Origin: Octopus sinensis
Lineage: Eukaryota
DNA: 64,000 nt
Direction of reading: 5' to 3'
Assembly (NCBI RefSeq): GCF_006345805.1
Contig: NC_043004.1
Span: 50,530,001 to 50,594,000, forward strand
The translations under genes and the position numbers were made by a program. The notes under the pieces were generated by a model, which was not told the DNA's origin, did no database searches, and worked only from the letters and a program-made list of their open reading frames with translations. This document shows positions 24,993 to 39,886 of this stretch, piece after piece (positions within the stretch are counted from its first letter, which is position 1; each line of letters begins with the position of its first letter).

Positions 24993-26673
24993 TTATGTGT
25001 CTGTGTTTGTCTCCCGAACATAACTTGACAACCGATGCTAGTGTGTTTACGTTTCAGCAAAAGAGACTGATAGAATAAGTACTGGGCTTACAAAGAATAA
25101 GTCCTGGGGTCGATTTGCTCGACTAAAGGCGGTGCTCCAACATGGCCACAGTCAAATGACTGAAACAAGTAAAAGAGTAAGAGAGTAACAATGCGTCAGT
25201 CGAGAACAGAGCAGTAATAAGAAAATGAAAATGACAAGGGAATAAGAAATTGAGCCATGAACTTCAGTAGCTTACAGTTGTTTCTGCTATAAGATGCAAT
25301 GCACTCATAGTTGAATGTTTGTGTATCACTCTTGAGCTTCACCGCGACATCAAAAAGATTTGAAGTGTTGCGAATAAAGTTAGGGTGACCTGAGAATGTT
25401 ACATCAGACTTAGGAAAATATGGCAGTCGGAACGCTTGTCTTGCAACAAGTCAGTATCTCACGATGCATTTGCAGTACCAATGGTGATTCTAACATTCGG
25501 GGCGCTTGACTGGTTCGTAGAGGAAATCCACTCATAGTCATTAAATCTCGCAAGTTCCTGACAGCAACAGGAAACTTCCACAAAAGCAGTGATATCGACA
25601 GGCTCTAAGAAGAGATGAAGGAGGCAGAGATTTGGGATTAGTGCAGTCAGCCTTTTAATGTCGTATAGTTTCTGTCAGACAGATCCTGTTAAACAACAGC
25701 AGCGTAAATAAATACATCAACCTAGCGCTGACAAACGAAGACAACTTCCTATGGGTCATTCTTCCTGACACCTGCCAAAGAAGACCTGGGTGTGAAACGC
25801 TCAGCATCCCAAAAGAAAACTAAGCATTGGTGTGTTTTCCGAAGACTTGAAGATGACAGCATCGACATAATGTGAAATAGAGGAGCCCTTGGAGCCCCCA
25901 AGATGCAATCGAAAATTTTGATTATGTTACATTTTAACAGAAGACATATAATCAGCAGCTATCCCAAAATGTCGTCAAGGTACTACCTCCCAATGCGACA
26001 CGACGTTGTCGCTAAAACATTATACTCTTTCTCTCTTTTACTTGTTTCAGTCATTTGACTGCGGCCATGCTGGAGCACCGCCTTTAATCGAGCAACTCGA
26101 CCCCGGAACTTATTCTTTTGTAAGCCCAGTACTTATTCTATAGGTCTCTTTTGCCGAACCGCTAAGTAACGGGGACATAAACACACCAGCATCGGTTGTC
26201 AAGCAATGCTAGGAGAATAAACACACACGCGCATATATATACATATATACGACGGGCTTCTTCCAGTTTCCGTCTACCAAATCCACTCACAAGGCTTTGG
26301 TCGGCCCGAGGCTATAGTAGAAGACACTTGCCCAAGGTGCCACGCAGTGGGACTGAACCCGGAACCATGTGGTTGGTTAGCAAGCTACTTACCACACAGC
26401 CACTCTTGCGCCTATTATTGTATTATACAATACAATCCGATAAAAAGATTGTCCCGGGATAAATATAGAAAACCTCTGTTATTGAATATGTACATAAACA
26501 TCAACAGAAGGAACACTAGTGGAATATTCTCATCAAAACTTCTACCAAATGCAAAACATACAAATCTGCACGTATACGTACATACGTACATACATACACG
26601 CACAGACACACACACACATACATACATACATACATACATACATACATACATACATACATACATGCATGCATGC

Positions 26674-26704
<31 letters not shown>

Positions 26705-27202
26705 CATACACACATACATACATACATACATACATACATACATACATACATACATACATACATACATACATACATACATACCCTGTTGATGTTGAAATTC
26801 CAATGAAGGAGCCTTGGATCTAGGTAAGAAACTTTACTGGCAAGAAATCTTGAAATAAAACTGAACAAGAGCACTCAGAGAGCTCAAACCTCCACCAAAG
26901 CAACACCAACGTCTTCTTAACGTTTGGTCAGAGATGGTTTTAATATGAGAATATCTGAAATAAACTCAACTGCTCTCACAAACAAGAATACTAAAAATGA
27001 ACCCGACCGCTCTCAAACATTAAGTAAAAAAAAAAACCCGGAAAAATAATGTGACAGACATGAGGCCAAACATCCCTTTGAGTTTCATCCAGTAGCTCTT
27101 GAGGTATCTCGTCCACAGGCAAACACGACGAAAACAATACCTCCACCTTCGCTAAGGTGGAAGTAATAATGACATACATACATACATACATACATACATA
27201 CA

Positions 27203-27233
<31 letters not shown>

Positions 27234-28002
27234 CATACATTACATACATACATACATAATAAATTTTAGGGTAGCAAAAAATTCTAGAAAAATTCTCCGC
27301 TACCAGCGGTCAAGTGAGAAAGAAATTCCACTTCAGAATTACAACTATTAGTGGTTTGGAGTTTGGCTGCTCTTTCTAATGAGTCGGATGTCCTATTATG
27401 GCTATCCCTTATATGTTTGAATGTACATACATACATACATGCATACATACATACATGCATACATACATACATACATACATACATACATAAATAAATGTGT
27501 GAATGTGTGCGTGTACCATTTTAATATAAATCTTTACTGTTATTAGTCAAATTCCAGTGAATTCTGCGTTGTTAGAGACCAAATTTTCTATTAGAATTAA
27601 AATATTGTTAAAAGAAGATAAACATACATACATACATACATACATACATACATACATACATACATACATACATACATACATACATGCATACATGCATGCA
27701 TGCATGCATGCATACATACATACATACATGCATGCATGCATACATACATACATGCATACATACATACATACATGCATACATACATACATACATACATACA
27801 TACATACGTAGATACATACATATATACATACATACATACATACATACATGCATACATACATACATACATACATACATACATACATACATACATACATACA
27901 TACGTAGATACGTAAATAATTGCACAAATATACGCATTCACGCATATATACCTACATGAATGCGCACAGATCTAAAAAGTTTGAACCAAAATTAGAACCT
28001 AC

Positions 28003-28115
28003 TGTCAGTAGTTCAGACAACATTAGCTTATTGACGTAGACTGCCGAAGTGTGTCCGTAGTAGAAGATTAGTGGCAGTCTTAATCTGTCTGGATAAAGAT
28101 ATAGTGCCGAGTCAT
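28003..28115 (-). CDS. ovoA: OvoA coding exon 3 (DDSALYLYPDRLRLPLIFYYGHTSAVYVNKLMLSELLT), contains first Fe-ligand His
   Basis: ttaattccAG acceptor, ACA|GTAGGT donor; PDRLRLPLIFYxGHT motif typical of OvoA. Confidence 0.95.
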
Positions 28116-28216
28116 CTGGAATTAAGAACAGATAAACTGACATATACATGTGTATGTGTGTGGACATATATTCGTATAATTTTGTATATATATATGTATA
28201 TTTGTCCATGCATATA

Positions 28217-29476
28217 TCAAGTCATTAAAAATGAAATGTCTGATTTTCAAGGTTTATTTTACTCTATCTCAACAAAAAGCAATGCAATTAGAGTATGCAC
28301 CTAAATTATCAACACAATTTTGCCATTTTATCGGTAGCTTATTTACGCTGGCAGCAAAGAATTCTGGAGAGCAAGAGGAGATGAAATCACGAAAGGTTGT
28401 TTTAGCATATTCTTAAGATTTGAAGTTTTTTTTCCTCGCAAAAAGTTGTATATGCCTGGAAAACGTGATAGTCACTTGGTGCAAGGTCTGGTGAATATGG
28501 TGGATGACAAAATACTTCTAAGATCAGGTTCTGTAACCTGAGTAGCGTTCTTTGTGCAACATGTGGTCGAGCATTGTCTTGCCAGGCAATTGGCTTGTCT
28601 CTATTGACCAATATCGGTTGTTTAATTGCAAATTCACTCATCATTTCATCCAATTGTTTGATATACATCCGTTGTAATTGACTTACCAGGTCTCATGAAG
28701 CTGTAGTGGACGACACCAGCGCTAGACCACCAAACAGACATCATTAGCATTTTTTGGATTGTGTTTTGGCACTTCGTCTCTACCTAACCACCGTGCAGAA
28801 CGCTTGCTATTGTTGAAACAAATCCATTTTTCATCACACGTAACAATACGATGCAAAAATGGTTCGCTTTTATGCCGTGGCAGCAAAGAACAGCAAGTTT
28901 CAAAACGATGTGTCATTTGATGGTCATTCAGTTCATGTGGTACCCACTTGTCCAGCTTCTTTACCATGCCGATTTGTTTCAGATGGTCCAATACAGTTGG
29001 AATTGAAACATCAAACCTTGCTGCTAACTCACGCGTAGCTTGAGATGTGTCCGCTTCCACTACAGTTTCCAGCTCGTCCCTATCCACCTTGCTCTCAGGT
29101 CTACCACAGGGGCTGATTTTCAAGAGTAAAGTCACTAGAGCGGAACTTCTCAAACTATCGACGTACAGAGCGCTCATTCACCACATTTTCACCAAACAGC
29201 TCTTTTGGTTATTTCGAGCTGTCTGGGATGCATTAGTTCCACGACGGAACTCATATTCATAAACAACACGGATTTTTATCTATCCATAGGTTCACAAAAA
29301 TTGATTTACAAGAGAAAACTCTCAATATTAATCAGACACCATGAATTGCATTTCGAAAAGGGGTGATGTAATTCTCCAATATTGTAAAGCAAATAATTGT
29401 CAAGATAAAACATTAAAGTTAAAACTGTCAAACTTGGTGCATAAGAAAATCGGACAATTCATTCTTAATGACCTGA
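28217..29476 (-). mobile_element. Full-length-size degenerate mariner transposon (1260 bp)
   Basis: TIRs TCARGTCATTAARAATGAAWTGTCYGATTTTC; WVPHEL, TCDEKW, QDNARPH, YSPDLAPSDY motifs. Confidence 0.92.
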
Positions 29477-29616
29477 TGTTTATATATATGCGTATGCATA
29501 CAGACTCTAAATCTATCTATCTATCTGTCTCTCTCTCTCTCTCTTTCTATGTATATATATGTGCGTGCGTGTGTGTGTGTGTATGTATATATATATATAT
29601 GTATACTCACACACAT

Positions 29617-30330
29617 ACGAAGGTCGGATGAAAAGCTCATAGGCTGACCAAGATACTCTCATGGAATGTGACCAAACAAGGTTTATCTTCCAACATAGTC
29701 CCACACTTCTTCCATCGGTATTCCAGTGCTTGTATCCCATTGGTGAAAATGCTTTCACCCTGTTACTCAAAAAACTCATCAACAGCAGATATGACACCAT
29801 CATCACTGCAATACTGGTTCTCAGCCAATCCAAAGCCGCCACAATCACGCACAGCAGATATTGTAATCATGAACCTATGTGCTGGAGCATTGGCCTCTCG
29901 AAACAAGACCCCTTTCGTCAGTTTTCTTGGGCATTTGGTCTTGAAAGCCTTTCGTAACAGCCTCAGCAAGTTGGTATAGTACTCTCCATTAACAGTGTGG
30001 CCCTTTTGAAGATAGTTGATAAGCACAATGCCCTTTACATCTCCCCAAAATGAGGCAATCACCTTCCATGCAGATGAAACGACATTGGTCTTCTTTGGAA
30101 CAGGGGAAGAGGATTGTTTTCACTGCATGGATTGTCTCTTTGTTTCTAAAAGCGATGAACCTGACACTCATTCTGGCTTTGGAAACATTCAAGGAAATCA
30201 GCTGGATCTGTTTCAAGCAGTGTCAGATTTTCCTGTGATGTAATCAGCCTGGTGAGCTTGGAATTAAGTTTGGGAAGACGTGGCATCCACCGAACAGAAA
30301 CTCTCCCCCACTCCAATATTCAGCCGCCCA
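29617..30330 (-). mobile_element. Mariner (irritans-like) transposase fragment
   Basis: ASFWGDVKGIVLINYLQKGHTVNGEYY..L..NAPAH; TACGAAGG terminus. Confidence 0.8.
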
Positions 30331-30765
30331 CTTTTACACTATTGGTAAAGCTGGAATGTCATCTCCTAACGTAGCAACCATATCAGCATAAATGTACTTG
30401 GGGGCGAGAGGGATAAACTTCTTTTTCAGCAGGTACTTGATAACACTACGATGCCAAAATTTTTGTTCATTTTCAGGAGTAGTCGCTACTAGTTACGTTT
30501 GAAGTCTTCTTTGAACAGTTAGATGTCAGTTCACATACATGTAAATACAGTCATCTCAAAAGTAAGATACGCACCATCATCTTTTTGAAAGATTTATTTC
30601 TAGAAACAAAGTAATATCATGTGATGCATTTAAATACTTAATCTAGCATTTAGTAGTTATGCCTTGTACATTATCAACAAATATGAATCACCAAGTATCA
30701 CCAAGAAGCACACAAACCAGACGCTATAATGACAAGTGTCAATTTAATTTACTTTAAGATCTCCA

Positions 30766-31155
30766 TGTATGTATGTATGTATGTATGTATGTATGTATGT
30801 ATGTATGTATGTATGTATGTGTGTGTGTATGTATGTAGTATGTATGTATGTATGTATGTATGTATGTATGTATGTATGTATGTATGTATGTATGTATGTA
30901 TGTGTGTGTATGTATGTATGTGTGTGTATGTATGTATGTATGTATGTATGTATGTATGTATGTATGTGTGTGTGTGTATGTATGTGTGTGTATGTATGTA
31001 TGTATGTATGTATGTATGTATGTATGTATGTATGTATGTATGTGTGTGTGTGTATGTATGTATGTATGTATGTATGTATGTGTGTGTGTATTTATGTATG
31101 TATGTGTGTGTATGTATGTGTATTTGTGTGTGTATGTGTGTGTGTGCGCGCGCGT
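30766..31155. repeat. Compound (TATG)n/(TG)n microsatellite, representative of dozens of (TA)n, (CA)n, (TACA)n, (TATC)n, (GA)n and triplet tracts in the window
   Basis: Directly visible; source of most low-complexity ORFs in the track. Confidence 0.98.
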
Positions 31156-33891
31156 GACTATAGTTCACATGATTAAAGCTGACCAATGAAAAACAAGAAC
31201 GTTGTCGCCTGAAAGAACGTATAGAGCCAGAAACTCGGGGTAACAACAGATGGTAAGAGAAACTAAAAGAGAGGAGTGCAGATCAAAAAGCAAGAGTCCC
31301 ACCGACCCACCCAGTTCTGACTCTATTCGAGCTCCTATCTTAACTGGATTTAATGCCAATAGTGGTCTAATAAGCCGCCTCAGGACCCATAAAGTATATA
31401 GCTGCTAATCTAGTCTCTCCATTTTTTTCTCTCTCGTCCCTTTCTGTCGAAGAGCGTAGGCTCAAAAAGTCAAAGACTTTTCTACTTTTCGTTCCCTCAC
31501 CTGTCTAATTTTTGCTATCTGCACACACACACACCCATTTTGGGCGGCTAGCTGGCAGAATCGTTAGCACGTCGGGCAAAATGCTTACCGGCATTTCGTC
31601 CGTCGTTACGTTCCGAGTTCAAATTCCACCGAGGTCGACTTTACCTTTTATCTTTTGGAGGTTGATAAGATAAGTGCCATTCGAGTGCTGTAATCGATGT
31701 AATCGACATAGCCCTTCTCTTACAATTGTTGGCCTTGTAACAAAATTTTATATGCACATATACATATGTTGTTGAATGCTCGAAATGAGGTGTAGATAGA
31801 TAGCCGACAACTGACGAAGGATACTTTCTCTGTGTTTACTCGTCCTGTAGTAGTTTGAAACAAATCTCAAAGTTACAGCCCAAATCGACCTAGATTATTT
31901 TCAGATATGACTTACTAACAAGACTTTGAACACTCAACTTATGAACTTCTTAAATATTCTTAAGTAAGTCAGAGAATGAGAATGCTATATCGGATTGTAT
32001 TTTGAGGGTTGTTAATGCCAGTTCTGAGTCAGTTTGGGTAGGATAAGATGATACACTAAACTGAAGATTAGCTATTGAATCTAGGTCAGAAGTTCAGTGA
32101 GTATAATGTACGAATTAGATAAGCCTGATAAAATTGCTTTCAGCCTGTTGTGGACGATGTTGTGACCTATTTAAAACTGCCAGTTACTGACCTATCTTTT
32201 CATATGTGCGCGTGCGCGTGCGGGGGTGTTTGTGTGTATGCGTGCGTGTTCGCATATTTGTACGTGTGTGTGTACATATACGTATATAAGTAAAACGTAC
32301 GCGCAGTACATACATACGTATATACACATACATACACACACACAAACATACATGAAGTGTATACACTAGCGTAGCTAGAGGAGGTGGAGGGATGGTCCAC
32401 TCGGGTGGCACTTTTATTGGGGCGGCACCACTTTTGTGTTTGCTGTAGGCAATATGTATTTTTTGTTGGGACCCAGGGGCGGCACACTGAAGGGTCACTC
32501 CGAGAGACACACAGTCTAGCTACATCTTTATATACATATATATCTATTTCTTTACTACCCACAAGGTGCTAAACACAGAGAGGACAAACAAAGACAGACA
32601 AACGGATTAAGTCGATTATATCGACCCCAGTGCGTAACTGGCACTTAATTTATCGATCCCGAAAGGATGAAAGGCAATGTCGACCTCGGCGGAATTTGAA
32701 CTCAGAGCGTAACGGCAGACGAAATACGGCTACCCATTTCACCCGACGTGCTAACGTTTCTGCCAGCTCGCCACCTTAATCATTATGCATACATACCTAC
32801 ACACACGCGCGCGCGCTCGTGTGTAGGTATGTATGCATAATGATTAACTGAACATTTCAGCTACACCTTTACATTGCATGTGTTACAGGACAAGATAGCA
32901 CATCTTTAAAGAAAACTGATTTTTTTCTTCTGAGAAGTTACTTCAACGAATGTCTTTTTACATTTTAATGTACACAAATATTTATATATAGCTTCACGCA
33001 GCTTTAGTTTAATCGCCGTTGCTAAATTTGTCTTTAACTAATTAATTTCACCTTGACAAAGCTTTGCACATGCCAGCAAATTGATTATTTGCTGTTTACA
33101 TATAAGAAAGGCAAATCTAATTGGTCTGTGAACGATGTATTTTTGGTATCTGTAGCTGATGAAGAGTAACAACGCAGAAACACGTGTCCTGTAGTCTGAC
33201 GACGTTATTCTAGCCCAGCGCGTTGTGTTTTCACACACATTGTTGATAACGAGAACTTCATTTCTGAGACAGTTACTGTAGCGAAGGTCTTTCTACGTTT
33301 AAGTCTACATGAATATGTTAAACATAAAAGTACACAGCTTTATTATACCGTAAGGTAAAAGACAAAACTGAACAATATTATAAATATCATATACATATAT
33401 AATTTTATTGCGACAAACTGGACGTCATGTACTATCAAGATTAATTTTCACATATGACCGGTTGGTTGGATAGATGGCTAAATAGCGTTGAGAAATGCAC
33501 TGAAATAAATACCCACCGGGTGATTAGTCCAGTTGAACAATGCAACTTTTGTTGTTTAACCCAGGTCAGCCCAGACTGAATAGACTTATTGATCAGTGGA
33601 TTTTTATAAATTGCCATGAACATCTCATCCTTCAATCAATCATTTCATATCTAGGTCGTCATAATTCAATGCGTCTCTTTTTGTTTTTTAGAAGAGAGTA
33701 GGGTTTAATTTGAAAGAAACTTGCTTTCATTTCTAGTAGATACTGTGGCCATGTAAAGACACCTACGTTTTGATCGGTGAAATATTTGCAATGAAGGTTA
33801 GCAGGCAGAGAGTGGGAAGAACGGGCAGTGAGGGTAGAGTTAAGTAAATAATGATAAAATCCTGTTAGTAAATATTGTGCGGATTACTCAC

Positions 33892-33956
33892 CGGCTATGG
33901 AGGTAAATAGACTTTCGTAGAGATTGTAGCTGTTCAGAAAGTATTCTTGAATATCT
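33892..33956 (-). CDS. ovoA: OvoA coding exon 2 (DIQEYFLNSYNLYESLFTSIA)
   Basis: ttgttccAG acceptor, G|GTGAGT donor, phase 2 in / phase 1 out; OvoA-like YxLYESLF motif. Confidence 0.9.
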
Positions 33957-34057
33957 CTGGAACAAATTGTGAAAGGGATACAATACTTCAGTAAATGTAC
34001 ATACATACATACACGTGCGCGCGCACGCACACACAGACACACAGACACAAAGACACA

Positions 34058-34104
<47 letters not shown>

Positions 34105-34584
34105 TTGCTTGTTATGGCCGGTCAGAGAGTGAGCATTGGTTTTGCCCCCCAAAATGTCCTAAGCTGTGAAGGCGATTCGTCAGACATAGACTCAAATGGC
34201 CAGAGGCACATAAACTGTGCGTGCGCGTGCGTGTATGTGACTGAGTGCATGTGTACGTGTGCTTATGTACAAAAATACATACATATGCGCTCATACACAC
34301 ACATACACAAAGAGAGAACATTTAAAAACAACACAAACCATTACTAATACTCTTTACTCTCTTTTACTTGTTTCAGTCATTTGACTGCAGCCATGCTGGA
34401 GCACCGCCTTTAGTCGAGCAAATCGACCCCAGGACTTATTCTTTGTAAGCCCAGTACTTATTCTATCGGTCTCTTTTGCCGAACCGCTAAGTGACGGGGA
34501 CGTAAACACACCAGCATCAGTTGTCAAGCAATGCTAGGGGGACAAACACAGACACAGAAACACACACACACATACTTATATATA

Positions 34585-34634
<50 letters not shown>

Positions 34635-34639
34635 TATAT

Positions 34640-34671
<32 letters not shown>

Positions 34672-36807
34672 CGACAGGCTTCTTTCAGTTTCCGTCTACC
34701 AAATCCACTCACAAGGCATTGGTCGACCCGGGGCTATAGCAGAAGACACTTGCCCAAGATGCCACGCAGTGGGACTGAACCCGGAACCATGTGGTTGGTT
34801 AGCAAGCTACTTACCACACAGCCACTCCTGCGCTAATAGGAAAAAAAATTAATTTAAAAGTTTCTCCTTAATTTCAAAACGTATTTGTTGTTTGTGCAAA
34901 ATTGCATAGTTGAAGAATAGTCGAAGTTCACTGCGTTGGATTTGTAGGCTTAAAGCATTTATAATTTTCTACTTTATCATTATTTCTAGCACCAGTGTAT
35001 TTAAGAAATGGGATTTATCATTACTGCTGCCCACTGATATAAAGATTTATATCCTTTCTTTCTCTTCTCTTTCTTCTACTTGTTTCAGCCAATGGACTGC
35101 GGTCATGCTGGAGCACCGCCTTGAAGAATTTTTAGTCGAACGAATCGACCCAGTATTTAATTTTTAAGCTTGGTACTTACTCTGTCAGTCTCTTTTGCCG
35201 AACGAAACTGTTAGGTTAAACACCCGGACACCGATTGTTAAGCGGGTGGGGTGGGGGGATAAACACGCACGCGTGCATACATATATACAGTGAGCTTCCT
35301 TCTGTTTCCGTCTATCAAATACATTCACACGGCTTCGATCGGCCCGAGGTATTAGTAGAAAACACTTGCCCAAATTGCCACGCAGTGGGACTGAACCCGA
35401 AACTATGTGGTTGGGAAGCAAGCTTCTCACCACACAGCCATGCCTGCGCCTGTTTATGAGATTTTAAAATTCGTTCAGCTGATCAAGCTGTCATCCAGAA
35501 ATCTTTTCCAATTTTCTTTCAAATAAATACTGAAACTATTTCTAAATATATGGGAGAATTTCTTATAAATTTTTGATTCCTAAATAACACACCAAAACTA
35601 AGTTTGCATAGATTGACGTAAACTACCTATAGCTATGACTGACGATCGCAAAACTATATTTATAAACTACGGGTATAAATGTGAGAAATGTACCAAAAGC
35701 TATGTACCAAAAGATTCCAAATTCAAATCCAAGGAAGACTTATTGTAAAAAAATGAAAATAACTTACCAAGCTCTTCTGAAAATTTCATTTATATTTTAA
35801 TATGCTGAGGTTACCAAAGACAAACTGGATTGACGCTTCATAGACAAGCTACTCACCAATTTGTAAATTAGACAGCTATGCATGTAAAAAATCTCTTGAG
35901 TCAACACGTTGATAAAATTAAATTTTGCTGTTGTCATTACACTACCGTCAGAAATTAATTAGCACCCTTGATTTGCTCTTCACTCAAGGTATGTGCTGTC
36001 ACCTAGTGGCCATATCTCGAACTATTGCTTTGTTGCGAGTGCACTGTTGCGCAGAACGATGACGTAACTTTGTTTGCAGAGCAGTTTGAGAGTCTACAGC
36101 CTTATGATGTTGACATAGCAGTGCAACAACTTGGAGTGCGGATGCAGACAAATCTTCCTTTGTTTAATAGATATAGTTTTCTCATCGCGTAAGACGTTTT
36201 GAACAGCTCATAGGTTAATTGATTTAACCTATTTAATGTAGAAATTTGAGAAGTGCTAATTAATTTCTGATGCAAGTGTATATTATACTGATTCAACAAC
36301 GAGCAACAAGCAAATAAATACAGTCTATAAAAAATACCGGCCAAAATTATGTCCCTCGAAACAACTTTATTACGTCCCATCAATTAGGTGATTGCATTCA
36401 GAACAACGACGCCATGACCGCCATGGTAGGACCAGTGACTATTCCTACTTTATTTTGTTCAACATTCAATTGAAATTATGTAAGAAATTTAATGGAATTT
36501 CATGGAAATATCTACCACAGCAATACAACCAAGCATTACAATCAGCACAAATAATAATAATACTAAATACAGATAACATGAAACAGCGGACTTCGTAAGT
36601 AGACAAGCTGTACATAGACTACAACTATACATCATCTCTACAAAGACACAATCTAAACAGTTAAAGAGTTGTGATTACTCATGTATGTAAAGAGTTGTGT
36701 ATGTATGTATGTATGCATGCATGCATGTATGTATGTATGTATGTATGTATGTATGTATGTATGTATGTGTGTGTGTATGTATGTATATATATATGTATCT
36801 ATGTATA

Positions 36808-36843
<36 letters not shown>

Positions 36844-36911
36844 TGTATGTATGTATGTATGTATGTAGTATGTATGTATAGTATCTATGAGTATATATTA
36901 TATATATATAT

Positions 36912-36943
<32 letters not shown>

Positions 36944-37164
36944 TATACATACATATATATATATATATTATATATATATTATATATATATATATATATAA
37001 TATATATATATATATATAATATGTATAGAAATTAAATATAGAATATAAATTACAAAGTGGGACAAGAACGCAAAAACACACAAAGAGACGACACAAAAAA
37101 AAAAAAACAGACGGGTCACTCGAAGCCTCTAATCTTCAGTTGGAACCGGATCATCTTAGCAATT

Positions 37165-39250
37165 TCGGCTGTTGCAAACTTCAAAGTACCAAGCAACTTG
37201 CAAAGATTCCACGATGTATCAATCTTGATCCAAACACCTTCCAGTTATAGAGGAGATGGCATTTGAACCAGATCTAAATGACATTCATTTAGCTGTGAAT
37301 AAGTTGAACAACAATAAGTCTCCAGGGTCTGGTCGAATCTGTGCAGAAGTCTTGAAATATGGGGGTGACAAAATGTTTGAACTCTTAAATATATTAATTT
37401 GTCACTGTTGGAGAAGTGGGGGAAGTGCCTCAAGACTGGATTGATGTCATTTTATTCTCCATGTATAAACCGGGGTCAAAGGATCTGTGTGGTAATTTTC
37501 ATGGGATTTAGTTTTTGTCTGTAGTTGGAAAATTACTTGCCCTAACTCTGTTAGAACATTTAAACACCTTCATAGTTCCAATTAAAGTGTTTGAGTCTCA
37601 ATGTGGTTTTTGCTCCTCCAGGAGCTCAGTTGATTGTATCTTTAGTACCAGAAAATTTCAGGAAAAGTGCATTGAAAAGAATCTGGCCCTATACCATTGC
37701 TTTGTTGATTTAAGCAAAGTATTCGATACTGTTAATCGAAATGCTCTGTGGCTAACTATAAAGAGAATAGGTTGCCCAGAAAAATTTGTAAACATGATCT
37801 GGCTTTGCATCAAGATATGAAGGATAGAGTTAATTTTGGTGGTAGGCTCGCTGAATCTTTTGCCGAGGAAAATAGAGTAAAGCAAGGAGACCTTGATGCA
37901 CCCACCCTTTTTGCAATATATTTTGCTGTTGTGCTGTCACATGCTTTTCAAAACTCCGAGGAGGGTATTTACATAAAATATCGTACAACAGGGAATGTTT
38001 TAAATCTGACCAGAGTGAAATTCCAAAGATTTTTACTTCATTCATTAGGGAACTCTTATACACTGACGTTTGCGATCTAGTCAGTCGCTCTGAAACGGGC
38101 CTGCAATCTCTTGGATTTGCATTTGACACAACTTGTTATGATTTTGACTTGACCATCAACTTGAAAACTTGAAAGACAAAAAAAAAAAACAAAAAAAAAA
38201 CAGTTGTAATGATTCATCCTGCACGTTGTGCTGTTTACAACCCCACTAAAATTTTCGTTAAGAGAAAGTTACTTGCGGTGATTGACTCCTTCATTTACCT
38301 AGGAAGCTCTGTATAAAACGATAAAAATCTGGACACAGAAATACGTCTTCGAATTCAAAGGGCAGTACAAGCACAAAATTGGCTCTTTACAAATCGTTTG
38401 TCTTACCATCCCTCTTGTATTCTTCTGGAACATGGACATATTATGAAAGACATTTCAAATTGTTAGAACGATTCCACCAAAAGCGCCTTCACCGCATTGT
38501 AAACATTAATTGGGGCTTTTTTTACTCCAGACACAGATGTCTTTGCGTCTGCAGGCATCACTTCAATTAAATCAATGATTCTGAAAAACCAAATGAGAAT
38601 ATCTGGCCATATTGTTCGAATAATGGATGAACGCACACTCAAACAGCTGTTTTATGGCGAGCTTGTAGAGGGGGAAACACAGTCGTGTAAACCTAAAAAG
38701 ATGTTTAAGGACGGCATAAGGACTACCATGAATTCACTTGGAATGGATCCAAATGTCATAGAAACCCTTGTTTCGGATCGAGCTGGATGGTGAGCAAAAG
38801 TGTGGAGTGGAGTGAAAACGTTTGAGGAGGCGAGGATAACGCAAGTAAGACTCAAGAGAGATTTAAAGAAGAATGTTGCGATCGAGAAGGTGAATTTCAG
38901 TGGTCATTTTGAGTGCACAATTGGTGACAGACTATGCCTTACTTTCGCTGGGCTCAAATCACGTTTGCGGACCCATGAAAAACGAACCTCCATCAACTAT
39001 TCTGCTTATATATCTGTGCACACCTTTCAATGCCGTGCATGCCACGAAGTCTGCAATTCTAACGGAAGTCTCAAAAGATATTTTAAGATCCACAAAGATC
39101 ATAACTTGACTGCAGCTCTTGGTGGTCCAAATCGGATATGCAATTTATGTGGGTGAATTTTCAATATATTTTCTGGTTTAAAAAGCCACATCAGACGACA
39201 TGATGGATCTAAGGTGTAGTTTCAAGAGGTGGTCAGAGTCTGTATAAGGA
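37165..39250 (+). mobile_element. Degenerate RTE-clade LINE (RT plus three C-terminal C2H2-like fingers)
   Basis: LNNNKSPG..AEVLKYGG, ESQCGF, FVDLSKVFDTVNR, VKQG..APTLF, KQLFYGEL; multiple frameshifts. Confidence 0.88.
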
Positions 39251-39270
39251 GTAGACAACCACCATATATG

Positions 39271-39302
<32 letters not shown>

Positions 39303-39357
39303 TATAGATATATATATAATATATATATATATATATAATACATACATCACACACACT

Positions 39358-39391
<34 letters not shown>

Positions 39392-39518
39392 AAGATAGAT
39401 AGATAGATTGTATATATGTATAACACTACATATGCAGTCAAGAGGTGTATGTGTCTCTATAACATATAATATACATAATCATATATATATATGTAATATA
39501 TGTATATATATGTATGTA

Positions 39519-39568
<50 letters not shown>

Positions 39569-39802
39569 ATATACATACTTACACACACATGCACACACAT
39601 GATACGGACTATATATCAATATATCGAAATGAGGAATAGATAGACAGCCGACAACTGATGAAGGGTTCTTTCTCTGTGATTACTTGTCCTGTTTTCAAAT
39701 TTTTTCCTGCTTACGTATTTCATGTTATTTGCACCGTTGGTGATGTCCTGTACCCATATATGCATGTATATATATATTATATGTTATTTACTATTTATTA
39801 TG

Positions 39803-39886
<84 letters not shown>

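Noticed and set aside
25200-26020. Possible old Penelope-like remnant with a decayed hammerhead on the minus strand
   Set aside because: Too degenerate to support by eye
27547-27959. Long ORFs such as [24 protein letters not shown] here and throughout the track
   Set aside because: Translations of microsatellites, not genes
35760-35880. Minus-strand donor motifs suggesting a micro-exon or an alternative start (MKFSEEL)
   Set aside because: Phase 1 exit does not fit the best acceptor of exon 2, there is no OvoA similarity, and 41100-41173 fits better
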